64,000 nucleotides of DNA from an uncultured Bifidobacteriaceae bacterium (GCA_964572965.1 CAZNHL010000007.1:21620-85619); one strand, 5' to 3'; positions 8,334-20,775 are shown, counted from the first letter of the stretch. Made by a program: numbers and translations. Notes: generated from the letters alone by a model not told the origin.

Positions 8334-9086
8334 ATGTCTTATCAAATCAAGGAAAATAAGGGCTTCAAATATATTGACGCAGGTGAGGGTGAAGTCCTGC
8401 TTTGTTTACATGGTCTTTTTGGCGCTTTAAGTAACTGGACCGACATTATTAGCGCTTTTTCCAAAACACACAGAGTGATATTGCCTATAATGCCTATTTA
8501 TGAAATGCCTATTAAGAGTGCAGGATTAGATGGCTTAGTTGAATATATTACCAATTTTGTAGAATACAAGTCGTTGTCAGACATGACGTTGATAGGTAAT
8601 TCATTAGGGGGGCATGTCGGCTTGATTTATACATTGAAATATCCTCAGAAAGTAAAACGTCTTTTACTGACAGGCAGCTCCGGTTTGTTTGAAAACGGAA
8701 TGGGGGGGTCTTTCCCTAAAAGGGGAGATTATAATTATGTTAAAGAGCGTACTGAATATACATTCTACGATCCTGCTGTTGCTACCAAAGAATTGGTGGA
8801 TGAGGTGTATGAAATTGTAGGCAGTATTCCTAAATGTATGCGCATTATTGCGATTGCTAAATCTGCGCAACGTCATAATATGGCAACCGTAGTAGGAAAT
8901 ATTAAATGTCCTACTATGCTGGTCTGGGGGTTAAATGATACTATTACTCCGCCAGAAGTAGCCCATGAGTTTAATAAATTGATTCCTCATTCATTATTAA
9001 GATTCATTGATAAATGCGGTCATGCGCCAATGATGGAGAGACCTGTAGAGTTTATTGAGTATCTTAAAGAGTTTCTAGAAAATTAA
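8334..9086 (+). CDS. Alpha/beta hydrolase
   Basis: 250 aa with an HGLFGA region, the GNSLGG nucleophile elbow and a C-terminal CGH. Confidence 0.8.
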   Translation: MSYQIKENKGFKYIDAGEGEVLLCLHGLFGALSNWTDIISAFSKTHRVILPIMPIYEMPIKSAGLDGLVEYITNFVEYKSLSDMTLIGNSLGGHVGLIYTLKYPQKVKRLLLTGSSGLFENGMGGSFPKRGDYNYVKERTEYTFYDPAVATKELVDEVYEIVGSIPKCMRIIAIAKSAQRHNMATVVGNIKCPTMLVWGLNDTITPPEVAHEFNKLIPHSLLRFIDKCGHAPMMERPVEFIEYLKEFLEN

Positions 9087-9091
9087 ATTAC

Positions 9092-9757
9092 ATGAATGCA
9101 CAAGAATTTGTCCAGTCCTCCATTCCTCATCTGAAATCAGGTGACAGTGCTCAATATGCGCTGGAATTAATGGAGGATAATGGATTTAGTTCTTTGCCGG
9201 TTGTAGATGAAGATATTTTCAAAGGTTTTCTAAATGAGGAAACGCTACACTCTTTATTAGATGATAATGTTGAAATTGGCAAACTAAGGTTAGACAATCA
9301 GGAGGCCTTTGTTCGTCAGGAACAACATATTTACGATGTATTAAGAGTTTCTTTTCAAACCGGATCTGCTTATATAGCTGTATTAGGAGAGAATAAAAAG
9401 TATCTTGGAACAATCGTAGTTTCTGAAACGCTTTCTTATTTTGCAGGAATGAATGCCTTTACCAGTCCTGGTGGGGTATTGGTTCTGTCAATGGAGGAAT
9501 CTAAGTATTCGTTAGGGGAGATCGGGCGTATTATTGAAAGTAACGGAGCTAAAATACTCAGTGCTGCTATCATGCAGGAAGAGGATGTTGTGGGAATGGT
9601 ACGTTTAGTATTGAAGTTGAATCAACCGGATTTGTCCAGAGTTATTTCAGCACTTGAGCGTTTTCAATATAATATTGTCGGCCAGTATCATGAATCCGAT
9701 TTCGAGAGCGTTGATAAGCAGCGCCTTGATAATTTGATGCGCTATCTCAATATTTAA
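9092..9757 (+). CDS. CBS-domain protein
   Basis: 221 aa with a CBS pair pattern. It occupies the conserved position upstream of nadK in Bacteroidota. Confidence 0.65.
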   Translation: MNAQEFVQSSIPHLKSGDSAQYALELMEDNGFSSLPVVDEDIFKGFLNEETLHSLLDDNVEIGKLRLDNQEAFVRQEQHIYDVLRVSFQTGSAYIAVLGENKKYLGTIVVSETLSYFAGMNAFTSPGGVLVLSMEESKYSLGEIGRIIESNGAKILSAAIMQEEDVVGMVRLVLKLNQPDLSRVISALERFQYNIVGQYHESDFESVDKQRLDNLMRYLNI

Positions 9758-9765
9758 TCCGGGTA

Positions 9766-10650
9766 TTGATTGTGAAGATAGCATTACACGGAAGACCATT
9801 CAAAGAGGAGTTTATTCCTCATATCAGAGAAATACTTTCTATTCTTCAGGCTCATAAGGTTGAGATTGTGCTCAATAAACTTTATGCTGCTTTTTTAGTC
9901 AAACAAAAAATTATTTCCAAAAGCGAATATCCGACTTTTACAGATTTGTCTGACTTTCCGGATTGTGACTATGTTTTCAGTATAGGTGGTGATGGAACTC
10001 TGTTGGAATCAATCACCTTTATTGGGAAAAAAGAGACTCCTATTCTTGGTTTTAATATCGGACGCCTAGGCTATCTGGCTACTATTTCCAAGGACGAGAT
10101 AAGTGATTCGCTGGAAAAACTTTTCAATAAAGAATATAAAATAGAAGACCGCATTTTGGTGCAACTGGAGTCGGATCAAAAATTATTTGGTGATATTAAT
10201 TTTGGTTTAAACGAGCTGAGTATTTTTAAACGCGATACTTCTTCAATGATAATTGTTCATACATATATCAATGGGCAATTCTTGAATTCTTATTGGGCAG
10301 ATGGCTTATTGGTAGCAACACCTACAGGTTCTACAGGTTATTCTTTGAGTGTAGGAGGTCCCGTTGTGTTACCGAGTTCTAATAATTTTATTATTGCACC
10401 GGTAAGTCCGCATAGCCTGAATGTCAGGCCTTTAATTGTTTCTGATGATTCTGTTATCTCTTTCAAGATTGAAGGAAGGAGCAAAAATTTTCTGGTTGCC
10501 TTAGATTCCAGGTCATGTAAAGTAGATGCATCTGTGCAATTATCCGTAAAAAAAGCAGATTTTAAAGCGAAATTAGTTACCTTGAACAATACTAGTTATT
10601 TAACAACACTCCGGAAAAAGTTGAACTGGGGTATTGATGTAAGAAATTGA
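9766..10650 (+). CDS. nadK: NAD kinase
   Basis: GGDGT motif and TPTGSTGYSLS motif. The start codon (TTG, or GTG 6 nt later) is uncertain. Confidence 0.92.
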   Translation: MIVKIALHGRPFKEEFIPHIREILSILQAHKVEIVLNKLYAAFLVKQKIISKSEYPTFTDLSDFPDCDYVFSIGGDGTLLESITFIGKKETPILGFNIGRLGYLATISKDEISDSLEKLFNKEYKIEDRILVQLESDQKLFGDINFGLNELSIFKRDTSSMIIVHTYINGQFLNSYWADGLLVATPTGSTGYSLSVGGPVVLPSSNNFIIAPVSPHSLNVRPLIVSDDSVISFKIEGRSKNFLVALDSRSCKVDASVQLSVKKADFKAKLVTLNNTSYLTTLRKKLNWGIDVRN

Positions 10651-10730
10651 ATATATTTTTGATTTATTTCAATATAATATATAGTTTTGTCTAAACAGCC
10701 TATTTGTTTCTAAAGATTAAAGAACATTTT

Positions 10731-11696
10731 ATGAAGAAACTACAACACCTACCTATCATTTGCCTAGCTATAGTTATGGTGGCTTTCTCAGTTAATACCG
10801 GTTATGCCCAAAAATTCACAAAGAAAAAGAAGTATTGGGAAATAGGTGCCAGTTTAGGCATAATGAACTATGTGGGAGAGCTAGATCCGGGTCAGAGTTT
10901 TGTTAGTCCGGGATTACAATATACTAAGCCTAGTGTAGGGGTGCATTTGATGCGTAAGTTTCATCCAAGATTGTTTTGGAGAGCTGCTTTCACTTATGGT
11001 AGAGTCAAAGGGGATGACAGAACTGCATTGGGAGATGATGGTGACTTCAGAAGAGCACGCGATTTGAATTTCAGAAGTGATATCTTTGAATTGAAAGGCG
11101 ATTTGATTATCGACTTATTTGATAATAGAGGTAACTATACCAAAAGATCTGATTACAATGTTTACGGTTTCATAGGATTGGCAGGGTTTTATATGCGCCC
11201 TCAATTCCTGATGATAGATCAGGCTACCGGTGAGAGAACGAGTACCTGGGTAGCTGCACAGCCATACAAAACTGAAGGAAAGAGTTATTCTTCATTTCAG
11301 ATGGCCATTCCTTTCGGATTGGGTTTCAGATATAAGTTAAGTAAACAGTGGGATTTAGCCTTTGAAATTGGCTGGAGAAGAACATTTACAGATTACCTGG
11401 ATGACGTAAGTACGACTTATGCAGGTCCTGAGAACTTACCTAGAGATACATGGTATATCGCTGACCGCTCTGCTGCTGCTCAGTATTATGGTCATACAAC
11501 TATTACTAATCCATCTATGACTCAATCTAATGTGATGTCTTCTGACGGACAGGTCGATAATTATACTCACCTTGCCGGTTTTGGTCAGAAAGGTGATCAG
11601 CGTGGCGATAAAAACACAGATTGGTATATTGTGACAGGTTTTCATTTGTCTTACATTATTCCTGAGCGTGTAGTTTGTCCTAAGTTCAGAAATTAA
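10731..11696 (+). CDS. Outer-membrane beta-barrel protein (DUF6089-like)
   Basis: ATG at 10731 gives the signal peptide MKKLQHLPIICLAIVMVAFSVNTGYAQ. The sequence has an alternating beta-strand pattern. Confidence 0.7.
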   Translation: MKKLQHLPIICLAIVMVAFSVNTGYAQKFTKKKKYWEIGASLGIMNYVGELDPGQSFVSPGLQYTKPSVGVHLMRKFHPRLFWRAAFTYGRVKGDDRTALGDDGDFRRARDLNFRSDIFELKGDLIIDLFDNRGNYTKRSDYNVYGFIGLAGFYMRPQFLMIDQATGERTSTWVAAQPYKTEGKSYSSFQMAIPFGLGFRYKLSKQWDLAFEIGWRRTFTDYLDDVSTTYAGPENLPRDTWYIADRSAAAQYYGHTTITNPSMTQSNVMSSDGQVDNYTHLAGFGQKGDQRGDKNTDWYIVTGFHLSYIIPERVVCPKFRN

Positions 11697-11739
11697 GAAA
11701 TTATACAATATCATCGTGGTAAAAACGTTTAGACAGTAT

Positions 11740-12411
11740 ATGAAGCATTTCATTACTGTCTTTTTCTTTTCTTTATTATTTTTCAATACCGCATATTCCC
11801 AAAAATGGGAAGTAGGTGCAGGTATTGGTGGCACTTTATACAGGGGTGAGTTGGCTCCCGGGTTTAAACCTCTACAGGTAAGGCCCGGTGGACAGGCTTT
11901 TGTCAGATATAATTTCAGCCCGGTTTTTGACCTACGCGTGAATGTATTATTTACAGGCATACATGGGTCAGATCAAGGAAGTAATAATGCTATGGCGAAG
12001 CTTCGCAATACTTCTTTTAATAATAGCATATCTGAAATTTCTTTTCTGGCAGAGTATAACTTTTTTGACTTCAGGGCTCCTCACAAAACCTTTAAGGCAA
12101 CAAATAAGTGGTCTCCTTATTTATTAATGGGTTTAGGTGTATTTCGTTTCACCGCCTATGAAAAGGATCAGAACTATTCAATGAATCTATGTATTCCATT
12201 AGGTGTTGGGGTAAAATGGGCCTATTCAAAGCAAGTTAATTTTGGTGTTGAGGCCGGCTATCGGATTACCTTTACAGATCAGCTGGATAATGTTTATGAG
12301 CGTGATGGTTCAAATACTACGCAGACTTCATATACTGATAATGATGCTTATTTGTTTGCCGGGGTTCAGGTTAGCTATACCTTTTATTCTGTCAAATGCC
12401 CTGAAAAATAA
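11740..12411 (+). CDS. Outer-membrane beta-barrel protein (DUF6089-like paralog)
   Basis: ATG at 11740 gives the signal peptide MKHFITVFFFSLLFFNTAYSQ. It resembles the upstream gene (GGTLYRGEL vs MNYVGEL, TFTDQLDNV vs TFTDYLDDV). Confidence 0.7.
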   Translation: MKHFITVFFFSLLFFNTAYSQKWEVGAGIGGTLYRGELAPGFKPLQVRPGGQAFVRYNFSPVFDLRVNVLFTGIHGSDQGSNNAMAKLRNTSFNNSISEISFLAEYNFFDFRAPHKTFKATNKWSPYLLMGLGVFRFTAYEKDQNYSMNLCIPLGVGVKWAYSKQVNFGVEAGYRITFTDQLDNVYERDGSNTTQTSYTDNDAYLFAGVQVSYTFYSVKCPEK

Positions 12412-12501
12412 GTTCTCTTAGACTATTCTTGAAAATCTCTTTTATAAGACCCATATTTGCACTCTCAAATTTGAGGCAATACATTACTAATTAAATCTGT
12501 T

Positions 12502-13242
12502 TTGAAAGAAGATATTAATCCCGACCGAATTCCTCAGCATATTGCCGTAATTATGGATGGGAATGGCCGTTGGGCAAAGCAGAAAGGGGCCGCTCGGATT
12601 TTTGGACATAAAAATGCAATCAAAGCCGTACGGGAAACGGTTGAAGGTTGCGTTGAGCTGGGTGTTAGTTTTTTAACCTTGTACGCATTTTCAACTGAAA
12701 ATTGGAATAGACCAAAGGAAGAAGTTAATGCTTTAATGGAACTTTTAATAGGTACTATTATTGACGAGTTAAAGACACTTACAAAAAATGGTATTAAACT
12801 CCAGACAATCGGAGATACAGCAGCCCTGCCTGAAAAATGCCGTAACCAGTTGCTTGAAGCAATAGAGCAAACAAAGCACCACAATAAGATGACATTAATT
12901 TTGGCACTTAGCTATAGTGGGCGCTGGGAGTTAGTACATGCAATAAAAGGGATTTCAGAAGATATAAAAACTGGTAAAATTGCTTCAGATGTAATTTCTG
13001 AAGAATTAGTAAGTGCTTATTTACAAACTGCGCAATACCCCGATCCTGAATTAATGATCAGGACCAGCGGAGAACTGAGAATAAGTAATTTTTTATTATG
13101 GCAAATAGCATATTCCGAGCTGTACTTCACTGAGGTTCTATGGCCTGATTTCAGAAGAGAGCATTTACACGAAGCTGTTTTGGATTATCAAAAGAGAGAG
13201 AGAAGGTTTGGCAAGACCAGTGAACAATTGAATATCAATTAA
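12502..13242 (+). CDS. uppS: Isoprenyl transferase / undecaprenyl diphosphate synthase
   Basis: HIAVIMDGNGRWA, FSTENWNRP and RTSGE-RISNFLLWQ motifs. Confidence 0.95.
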   Translation: MKEDINPDRIPQHIAVIMDGNGRWAKQKGAARIFGHKNAIKAVRETVEGCVELGVSFLTLYAFSTENWNRPKEEVNALMELLIGTIIDELKTLTKNGIKLQTIGDTAALPEKCRNQLLEAIEQTKHHNKMTLILALSYSGRWELVHAIKGISEDIKTGKIASDVISEELVSAYLQTAQYPDPELMIRTSGELRISNFLLWQIAYSELYFTEVLWPDFRREHLHEAVLDYQKRERRFGKTSEQLNIN

Positions 13243-13244
13243 TA

Positions 13245-15839
13245 ATGTATCAAAAAATATACCTTCTAGTAGCCCTTTGTTTACTCTCTGTGGCTTCCTT
13301 GGCCCAGAGTGATGAGTTTGATAATGATTTTAATTTTAGGTTTAACTACACAGAACCTGGCAAATACGAAATTGCAGACATTACTATCAGTGGTGCAAAG
13401 TTTGTAGATCCCAGTGCTATTATCTCAATTACCGGCTTAAAAAAAGGTGATATTGTTAAAGTTCCCGGCGATGATATAGCTAAGGCTATTAAGAATCTGT
13501 GGGGACAGGGAATTCTTGGTGATGTTGAGGTGAAGATCACCAAAATGGAGGGTAATCAGATCTGGCTCGATTTATTCCTTCAGGAACGTCCCCGCTTGTC
13601 TAAATTTGTAATTAAAGGGGTTAAGAAAGCTGATGAAGATGATCTGAAAGAAAAGATCAGATTAATTAAAGGAAAGGTTTTAACAGATGTTTTAATTAAG
13701 AATACCCAGAATACTGTAAAAAAGCACTTTGTTGAAAAAGGTTATCTTAATACTGTCGTAACAATACAGAGAGTAAAGGATACATTGTTTACAAACAATG
13801 TGATTCTTACAATTAATGTTGACAGAAAGAGAAAAGTTAAAATAGATCATATAAATTTTTCAGGTAACGAAATATTTACTTCAGCTCAGCTGAAAAAGAA
13901 ATTGAAAAAGACAAAGGAGAAGAGTCTTGTTAATACTTTTTCATCCACTAAGTATAAAAAATCCGATTATGAAGAGGACAAGAAAGCGCTGATTACCTAT
14001 TATAATACAAAGGGATACAGAGATGCTGCCATTGTTCATGATTCGGTTTATCCTGTTCAGCATGCTGTTTGGACAATTGATAATACAGGGTACATGTCCA
14101 AAAAGCCAACAAACAAGTCTTCTAGTAGCCGTGTAGGTATAGATATTCATATATCAGAGGGAAGAAAATATTATTTCAGGAATATTACCTGGGTAGGTAA
14201 TTTTATTCATGATGATAAAGAGCTTAGTGACATTCTGGCTATCAAAAAAGGAGATGTTTATAATACAGAATTACTTGATAGCCGACTAAACTACAATCCA
14301 AGTGGATTGGACGTTAGCTCACTTTATCTTGATGATGGATATTTATTTTATAACTGCGATCCAGTGGAAATACATGTAGATGGTGATTCTATTGATATAG
14401 AAATGCGGATTCATGAAGGTGCGCAGGCGATTATTGATCAGGTGACAGTATCTGGTAATACTAAAACTAACGACCATGTAATTTTAAGAGAGATTCGGAC
14501 TATTCCGGGAAGGAAATTCAGCCGTTCTGATTTGATAAGATCTCAAAGAGAATTAGCTACTTTGGGGTATTTTGATCCTGAAAAAATCCAGATTAACCCT
14601 ATTCCAAATCCTGCAAACGGGACAGTAGATATTGAATATAATGTAACTGAAAAACCAAGTGATCAGATTCAGTTGTCCGGGGGGTATGGTGGTTTCTATG
14701 GTTTGACAGGTACTCTTGGTGTCGTTTTTAATAACTTCTCATTAAGAAATATTCCTCATTTCAGTAAGTGGGACCCTTTGCCTTCAGGTGATGGACAGCG
14801 CTTGTCCGTTAGTTTGCAGTCAAATGGTATTCCTTATCAGAGTTATACTTTCAGCTTTACAGAGCCTTGGTTGGGTGGGACGAAACCTCGTTCCCTGACA
14901 ATTTCTGCAAACAGGTCTATACAACGTACTACAAATTATTATACAGGGCAAACTTTTGGCGGGCACCTGAAACTGACAAGTTTATCTATTGGTTTAGGGC
15001 GTCGTTTAAAATGGCCTGATGATTACTTTACGCTGAACAATACATTGAGCTTCCTGAATTATAATCTTGCATCATTCAGCAGTGGTTATATTCCTGTAAG
15101 GGATGGCGTATTTAACAGTTTCACGCTTGGGACAACACTAGCGAGAAACAGTATCGATAACCCTACATACCCAAGAAGGGGTTCTTCATTGTCGCTGAAT
15201 TTGACATTGACTCCACCCTATTCAGTATTTATGGGCAAACAAGATTATAAAGGGATGACAGATGAACAAGTGTATTCTAAAAAGTTCAGCCTGGTCGAGT
15301 ATTATAAAACAATGTTTGATTGTTCATTTTTTACTCGTATAGCAGGGGATTTGGTATTGAATACAAGGGCACATTTTGGCTTCTTGGGAGCTTATAATCC
15401 GGATTTGGGCATTGGGCCATTTGAGCGTTTTGTACTGGGAGGTAGTGGATTGTCAGGCTTTAACTTCTTGTTAGGTTCTGATGTAATAGGTTTACGTGGC
15501 TATCAGGATAATAGCATTGGACGTGACCCTACAGGGAAAGATGCACAAGGGGGCGTAGCTTATGACAAGATCGTGTTTGAAATGCGTTATCCTATTACAT
15601 TGAATCCAATGGCTTCTATTTATGTACTTGGTTTTGCCGAAGGAGGAAATAACGTGAGAAGTTATACTCAGTATGATCCGTTCAAGTTATATCGTTCTGC
15701 AGGTTTTGGTGCGAGAATATTTATGCCGGCCTTTGGTTTAATAGGGGTGGATTATGGTTGGGGCTTCGACGAAGTGCCAGGTATTCCTGGAGCTAACCGT
15801 AATAGATTTACATTCTCAATTGGTCAACAGCTGAGATAA
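13245..15839 (+). CDS. bamA: Outer membrane protein assembly factor BamA
   Basis: 864 aa with a signal peptide, POTRA-like repeats and a C-terminal Omp85 barrel. It sits in the uppS-bamA-ompH synteny. Confidence 0.92.
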   Translation: MYQKIYLLVALCLLSVASLAQSDEFDNDFNFRFNYTEPGKYEIADITISGAKFVDPSAIISITGLKKGDIVKVPGDDIAKAIKNLWGQGILGDVEVKITKMEGNQIWLDLFLQERPRLSKFVIKGVKKADEDDLKEKIRLIKGKVLTDVLIKNTQNTVKKHFVEKGYLNTVVTIQRVKDTLFTNNVILTINVDRKRKVKIDHINFSGNEIFTSAQLKKKLKKTKEKSLVNTFSSTKYKKSDYEEDKKALITYYNTKGYRDAAIVHDSVYPVQHAVWTIDNTGYMSKKPTNKSSSSRVGIDIHISEGRKYYFRNITWVGNFIHDDKELSDILAIKKGDVYNTELLDSRLNYNPSGLDVSSLYLDDGYLFYNCDPVEIHVDGDSIDIEMRIHEGAQAIIDQVTVSGNTKTNDHVILREIRTIPGRKFSRSDLIRSQRELATLGYFDPEKIQINPIPNPANGTVDIEYNVTEKPSDQIQLSGGYGGFYGLTGTLGVVFNNFSLRNIPHFSKWDPLPSGDGQRLSVSLQSNGIPYQSYTFSFTEPWLGGTKPRSLTISANRSIQRTTNYYTGQTFGGHLKLTSLSIGLGRRLKWPDDYFTLNNTLSFLNYNLASFSSGYIPVRDGVFNSFTLGTTLARNSIDNPTYPRRGSSLSLNLTLTPPYSVFMGKQDYKGMTDEQVYSKKFSLVEYYKTMFDCSFFTRIAGDLVLNTRAHFGFLGAYNPDLGIGPFERFVLGGSGLSGFNFLLGSDVIGLRGYQDNSIGRDPTGKDAQGGVAYDKIVFEMRYPITLNPMASIYVLGFAEGGNNVRSYTQYDPFKLYRSAGFGARIFMPAFGLIGVDYGWGFDEVPGIPGANRNRFTFSIGQQLR

Positions 15840-15885
15840 TCTGTATTTTGATTCTGAAGTATAACTTCTTATACTTGTATAAATT

Positions 15886-16434
15886 ATGAGGTTAAAAGTT
15901 GCTTTTTTTCTTATTCTTCTGGCATTTGGATTTAATTCATTTGGGCAGAAGTTTGGCTATGTGGATACGGACTTTATCTTGAATAAGCTTCCTGAATATA
16001 AGAAAGCTCAAGGTGAGTTGGATAAGGTTTCACAAAAATGGCAGGCAGAGGTTGAGGAAAAGTATAAAAACATAGAGAAGCTCTATGTTGCTTTTCATGC
16101 CGAAGAGTTGCTCCTTACCGAAGATATGAGGAAGGAGAGGACTGATACTATTGTCAAATATGAAAAGGCAGCTAAAGAGTTGCAGAATAAGTATTTTGGT
16201 TATGAAGGTTTGTTATTTCTGAAGAAAACAGAATTGACAAAACCGGTTCTTGACAAGGTATTTAAAGCAGTACAAAAAGTAGCAAAATCTAAACAACTGG
16301 CTATCGTATTTGATAAATCCGGTGATATAGTAATGATATATACTGACCCAAGACATGATTATACCGATTATGTTCTTGAAGAGTTAGGGCTAGGGGATAA
16401 AGCAGATACTATAGATAACAAACAAAAACAATAA
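15886..16434 (+). CDS. OmpH/Skp family periplasmic chaperone
   Basis: 182 aa with a signal peptide, FGYVDTDFIL and a coiled-coil body. Confidence 0.85.
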   Translation: MRLKVAFFLILLAFGFNSFGQKFGYVDTDFILNKLPEYKKAQGELDKVSQKWQAEVEEKYKNIEKLYVAFHAEELLLTEDMRKERTDTIVKYEKAAKELQNKYFGYEGLLFLKKTELTKPVLDKVFKAVQKVAKSKQLAIVFDKSGDIVMIYTDPRHDYTDYVLEELGLGDKADTIDNKQKQ

Positions 16435-16447
16435 CCTTAATAACAAC

Positions 16448-17068
16448 ATGAAAATGAAATTTTTGAAGTCGTTTCTAATTGCCGGTTTATTAATGGCTGG
16501 CGTGAGTGCCACGGCACAGGAAAAACATATTAGAATCGGTTATACAAATGTAGAAGCCATTGTGTCTCAAATGCCTGAAAGTAAGCAGATAGAGAATGAA
16601 TTGAAAACATATAAGTCGCAGTTGGATAATCAGCTACAGGCTAAAATCAAAGATTTTCAGGCTAAATATGAAGCTTATCAGAGAGGTGCTTCTATGATGT
16701 CAGATGTTATCAAGGCAGATAAAGAGCGTGAATTGCAGGATATGCAAGGCCAGATGGAGGAGTTTCAGAAAAATGCCGAAGCTTCTATGCAAAGAAAGCA
16801 AGAGCAATTATTGGAGCCTGTATTGACTAAAGTGCAGAAAGCAATTGATGAAGTAGCCAATGAAAATGGTTTTGCTTACGTATTTAACAGTGATGGTGGT
16901 ATGGGTATGAGTATTATTCTTCATGCTCCTGAAAAGGATGATGTTACTCCGTTAGTCTTGAAAAAATTAGGGATAACTCCTCCTGCACCTAAGGCAGCAA
17001 CAACACCTGCTCCTGCAACATCTCCTGCTGGCGCAGCAAAGCCTGCGGTTAAGCCAGCTGGTAAGTAG
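16448..17068 (+). CDS. OmpH/Skp family periplasmic chaperone (second copy, Pro/Ala-rich tail)
   Basis: 206 aa with a signal peptide, IGYTNVEAIV, a coiled-coil body and a PAPKAATTPAPA tail. Confidence 0.85.
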   Translation: MKMKFLKSFLIAGLLMAGVSATAQEKHIRIGYTNVEAIVSQMPESKQIENELKTYKSQLDNQLQAKIKDFQAKYEAYQRGASMMSDVIKADKERELQDMQGQMEEFQKNAEASMQRKQEQLLEPVLTKVQKAIDEVANENGFAYVFNSDGGMGMSIILHAPEKDDVTPLVLKKLGITPPAPKAATTPAPATSPAGAAKPAVKPAGK

Positions 17069-17087
17069 AAGTACTGAAATAAAATTG

Positions 17088-17113
17088 AAAGCCCCTTTTG
17101 GGGCTTTTTTTGT
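17088..17113 (+). terminator. Intrinsic terminator
   Basis: AAAGCCCC-tttt-GGGGCTTT followed by a T-run. Confidence 0.85.
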
Positions 17114-17137
17114 ATTCACCAAATTGTATTTTGCCTA

Positions 17138-18040
17138 ATGTCTCTTATCAAAGCACCTTATCTGGAAAAAGGCGATAAAGTAATGATACTTTCGACAGCA
17201 AGAAAGGTGGCATTTCCTGAATTGCTACCTGCTATTGAAATATTAAAGTCCTGGGGATTAGAAGTAGCTTTTGCACAGCGGTTATTTCATGAAGAAAATC
17301 AGTTTGCCGGTACAGATAAGGAGCGTACAGCTGATTTACAACAGGCAATTAATGACCCTGAAATAAAGGCAATTATTTGCGCAAGAGGCGGATATGGTAC
17401 TGCTCGTATCATTGACAGAGTAGATTTTACTCCTTTAATTAAAAACTCTAAATGGCTTTGTGGTTTTAGTGATGTAACAGTGACGCATAATCACTTGCAC
17501 AGTAGGGGACTTTGTAGTATACATAGTACAATGCCTTTGTTGTTTGCCAAAGCTGAACGAGAGACGCTGGAGTCGCTTCGTAAGGCATTGTTTGGTGAAG
17601 AATTAAACTACACCTGTAATACACATGAATTTAATCGTCCGGGTTTGGCAAATGGTCAGATCGTAGGAGGTAATTTGTCTCTTTTGGTATCTATGATTGG
17701 TACTCCTTCTGATATAGATACCAGAGGGAAAATTCTGTTTATAGAAGATCTGGATGAATACCTTTACCATATTGACAGAATGATGCTGCAGTTGAAGAGA
17801 TCAGGGAAACTGGAAAATTTAGCAGGTTTGATTGTTGGAGATATGTCCGATATGAAAGATAACACAATTCCATTCGGGAAAACTGCTTATGAAATCATTC
17901 GTGATACGGTAGCAGAATATCAATATCCTGTATGTTTCCATTTTCCGGTAGGTCATGAAAACCATAATGTGGCAATGGTATGTGGAGGAGACGCTGAATT
18001 ATCAGTCGGAGTAGAAGAGACGAGTCTGAAGTTTGTCTAA
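17138..18040 (+). CDS. LD-carboxypeptidase (peptidase S66 family)
   Basis: 300 aa with ARGGYG, GFSDVT and the GHENHN region. Confidence 0.85.
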   Translation: MSLIKAPYLEKGDKVMILSTARKVAFPELLPAIEILKSWGLEVAFAQRLFHEENQFAGTDKERTADLQQAINDPEIKAIICARGGYGTARIIDRVDFTPLIKNSKWLCGFSDVTVTHNHLHSRGLCSIHSTMPLLFAKAERETLESLRKALFGEELNYTCNTHEFNRPGLANGQIVGGNLSLLVSMIGTPSDIDTRGKILFIEDLDEYLYHIDRMMLQLKRSGKLENLAGLIVGDMSDMKDNTIPFGKTAYEIIRDTVAEYQYPVCFHFPVGHENHNVAMVCGGDAELSVGVEETSLKFV

Positions 18041-18061
18041 ACTAGTAAAATAAACAGATAA

Positions 18062-18289
18062 CTAATTTAGAGCTCCCGTTATTATAAGGGCAAAGGAGAT
18101 AAAAAGTGCAGCGAAGAAAATAGCGACAGCAATATTACCATTACGTAATTCTTGTTTCAGATTGATATGAGTAATGTTGTTATCAAAAATCCAAAAGGCC
18201 AGGAATAGCAGAGCCAATCCTAAAACGGCATAAAAAACATTAACTGCGATAATTGAAAACTCCATCAGAAATAAAATATTAGTTATCAA
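18062..18289 (-). CDS. DUF350-like small membrane protein
   Basis: 75 aa with two TM segments. Confidence 0.55.
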   Translation of the reverse strand: MITNILFLMEFSIIAVNVFYAVLGLALLFLAFWIFDNNITHINLKQELRNGNIAVAIFFAALFISFALIITGALN

Positions 18290-18374
18290 AGTTAATAAGC
18301 TTCATCAAAGGCTGAAACATATTCGCCGAAAAAGGGTTTGAAATCCCGAATATTTTGAACAAATTTGAGTAGAA

Positions 18375-18494
18375 ACTTATAGGGGTGCGGATTGGTCACC
18401 GTTTTTTGAATAGAGATATTCAGGATTTAGACTGATAAAAGCTGAGAAATACCCTTTGAACCTGATGCGGTTAGTACCGTCGCAGGGAATAAGT
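18375..18494 (+). promoter_or_regulatory. TPP (THI-box) riboswitch
   Basis: P1 ACTTAT/ATAAGT; GGGGTGC; CTGAGA; ACCC; GAACCTGATGCGGTTAGTACCGTCGCAGGGAA. It lies 57 nt upstream of thiS. Confidence 0.93.
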
Positions 18495-18550
18495 GAAATA
18501 GCCTTCCCGCGATTGCACGCCCTTTTGCTTCTACTCATTTAAACTTAATT

Positions 18551-18751
18551 ATGGTTACTGTAAACAGCAAAGTTTACGACGACTTAGTTGATTTGTCGAT
18601 CGTTCAGGTAATAAAAAAACTTGATTTGAAAGCTGAGCGCGGTGTGGCTATTGCAGTAAACAACGCAGTCATTCCCAGGCAAAACTGGGAAGAGGTATAC
18701 CTTAAAGAAAACGATAAGGTATTACTGATAAGAGCCACTCAGGGTGGTTAA
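18551..18751 (+). CDS. thiS: Sulfur carrier protein ThiS
   Basis: 66 aa ending in GG. Confidence 0.9.
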   Translation: MVTVNSKVYDDLVDLSIVQVIKKLDLKAERGVAIAVNNAVIPRQNWEEVYLKENDKVLLIRATQGG

Positions 18752-18811
18752 TTAATTGTCTTCATTTAACTAACAGAACATTCGCATTAAGCCTGTCGCT
18801 TTGTGCATTAA

Positions 18812-20713
<1,902 letters not shown>

Positions 20714-20728
20714 TAATGATAATCACGA

Positions 20729-20764
20729 AAGCACCAGGGCCTGGCTTTGGTGCTTTTCTGTTTT
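20729..20764 (+). terminator. Intrinsic terminator after thiC
   Basis: AAGCACCAGGGC/GCTTTGGTGCTT stem (includes two G-U pairs) followed by TTTCTGTTTT. Confidence 0.7.
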
Positions 20765-20775
20765 AATAAAAAGTA

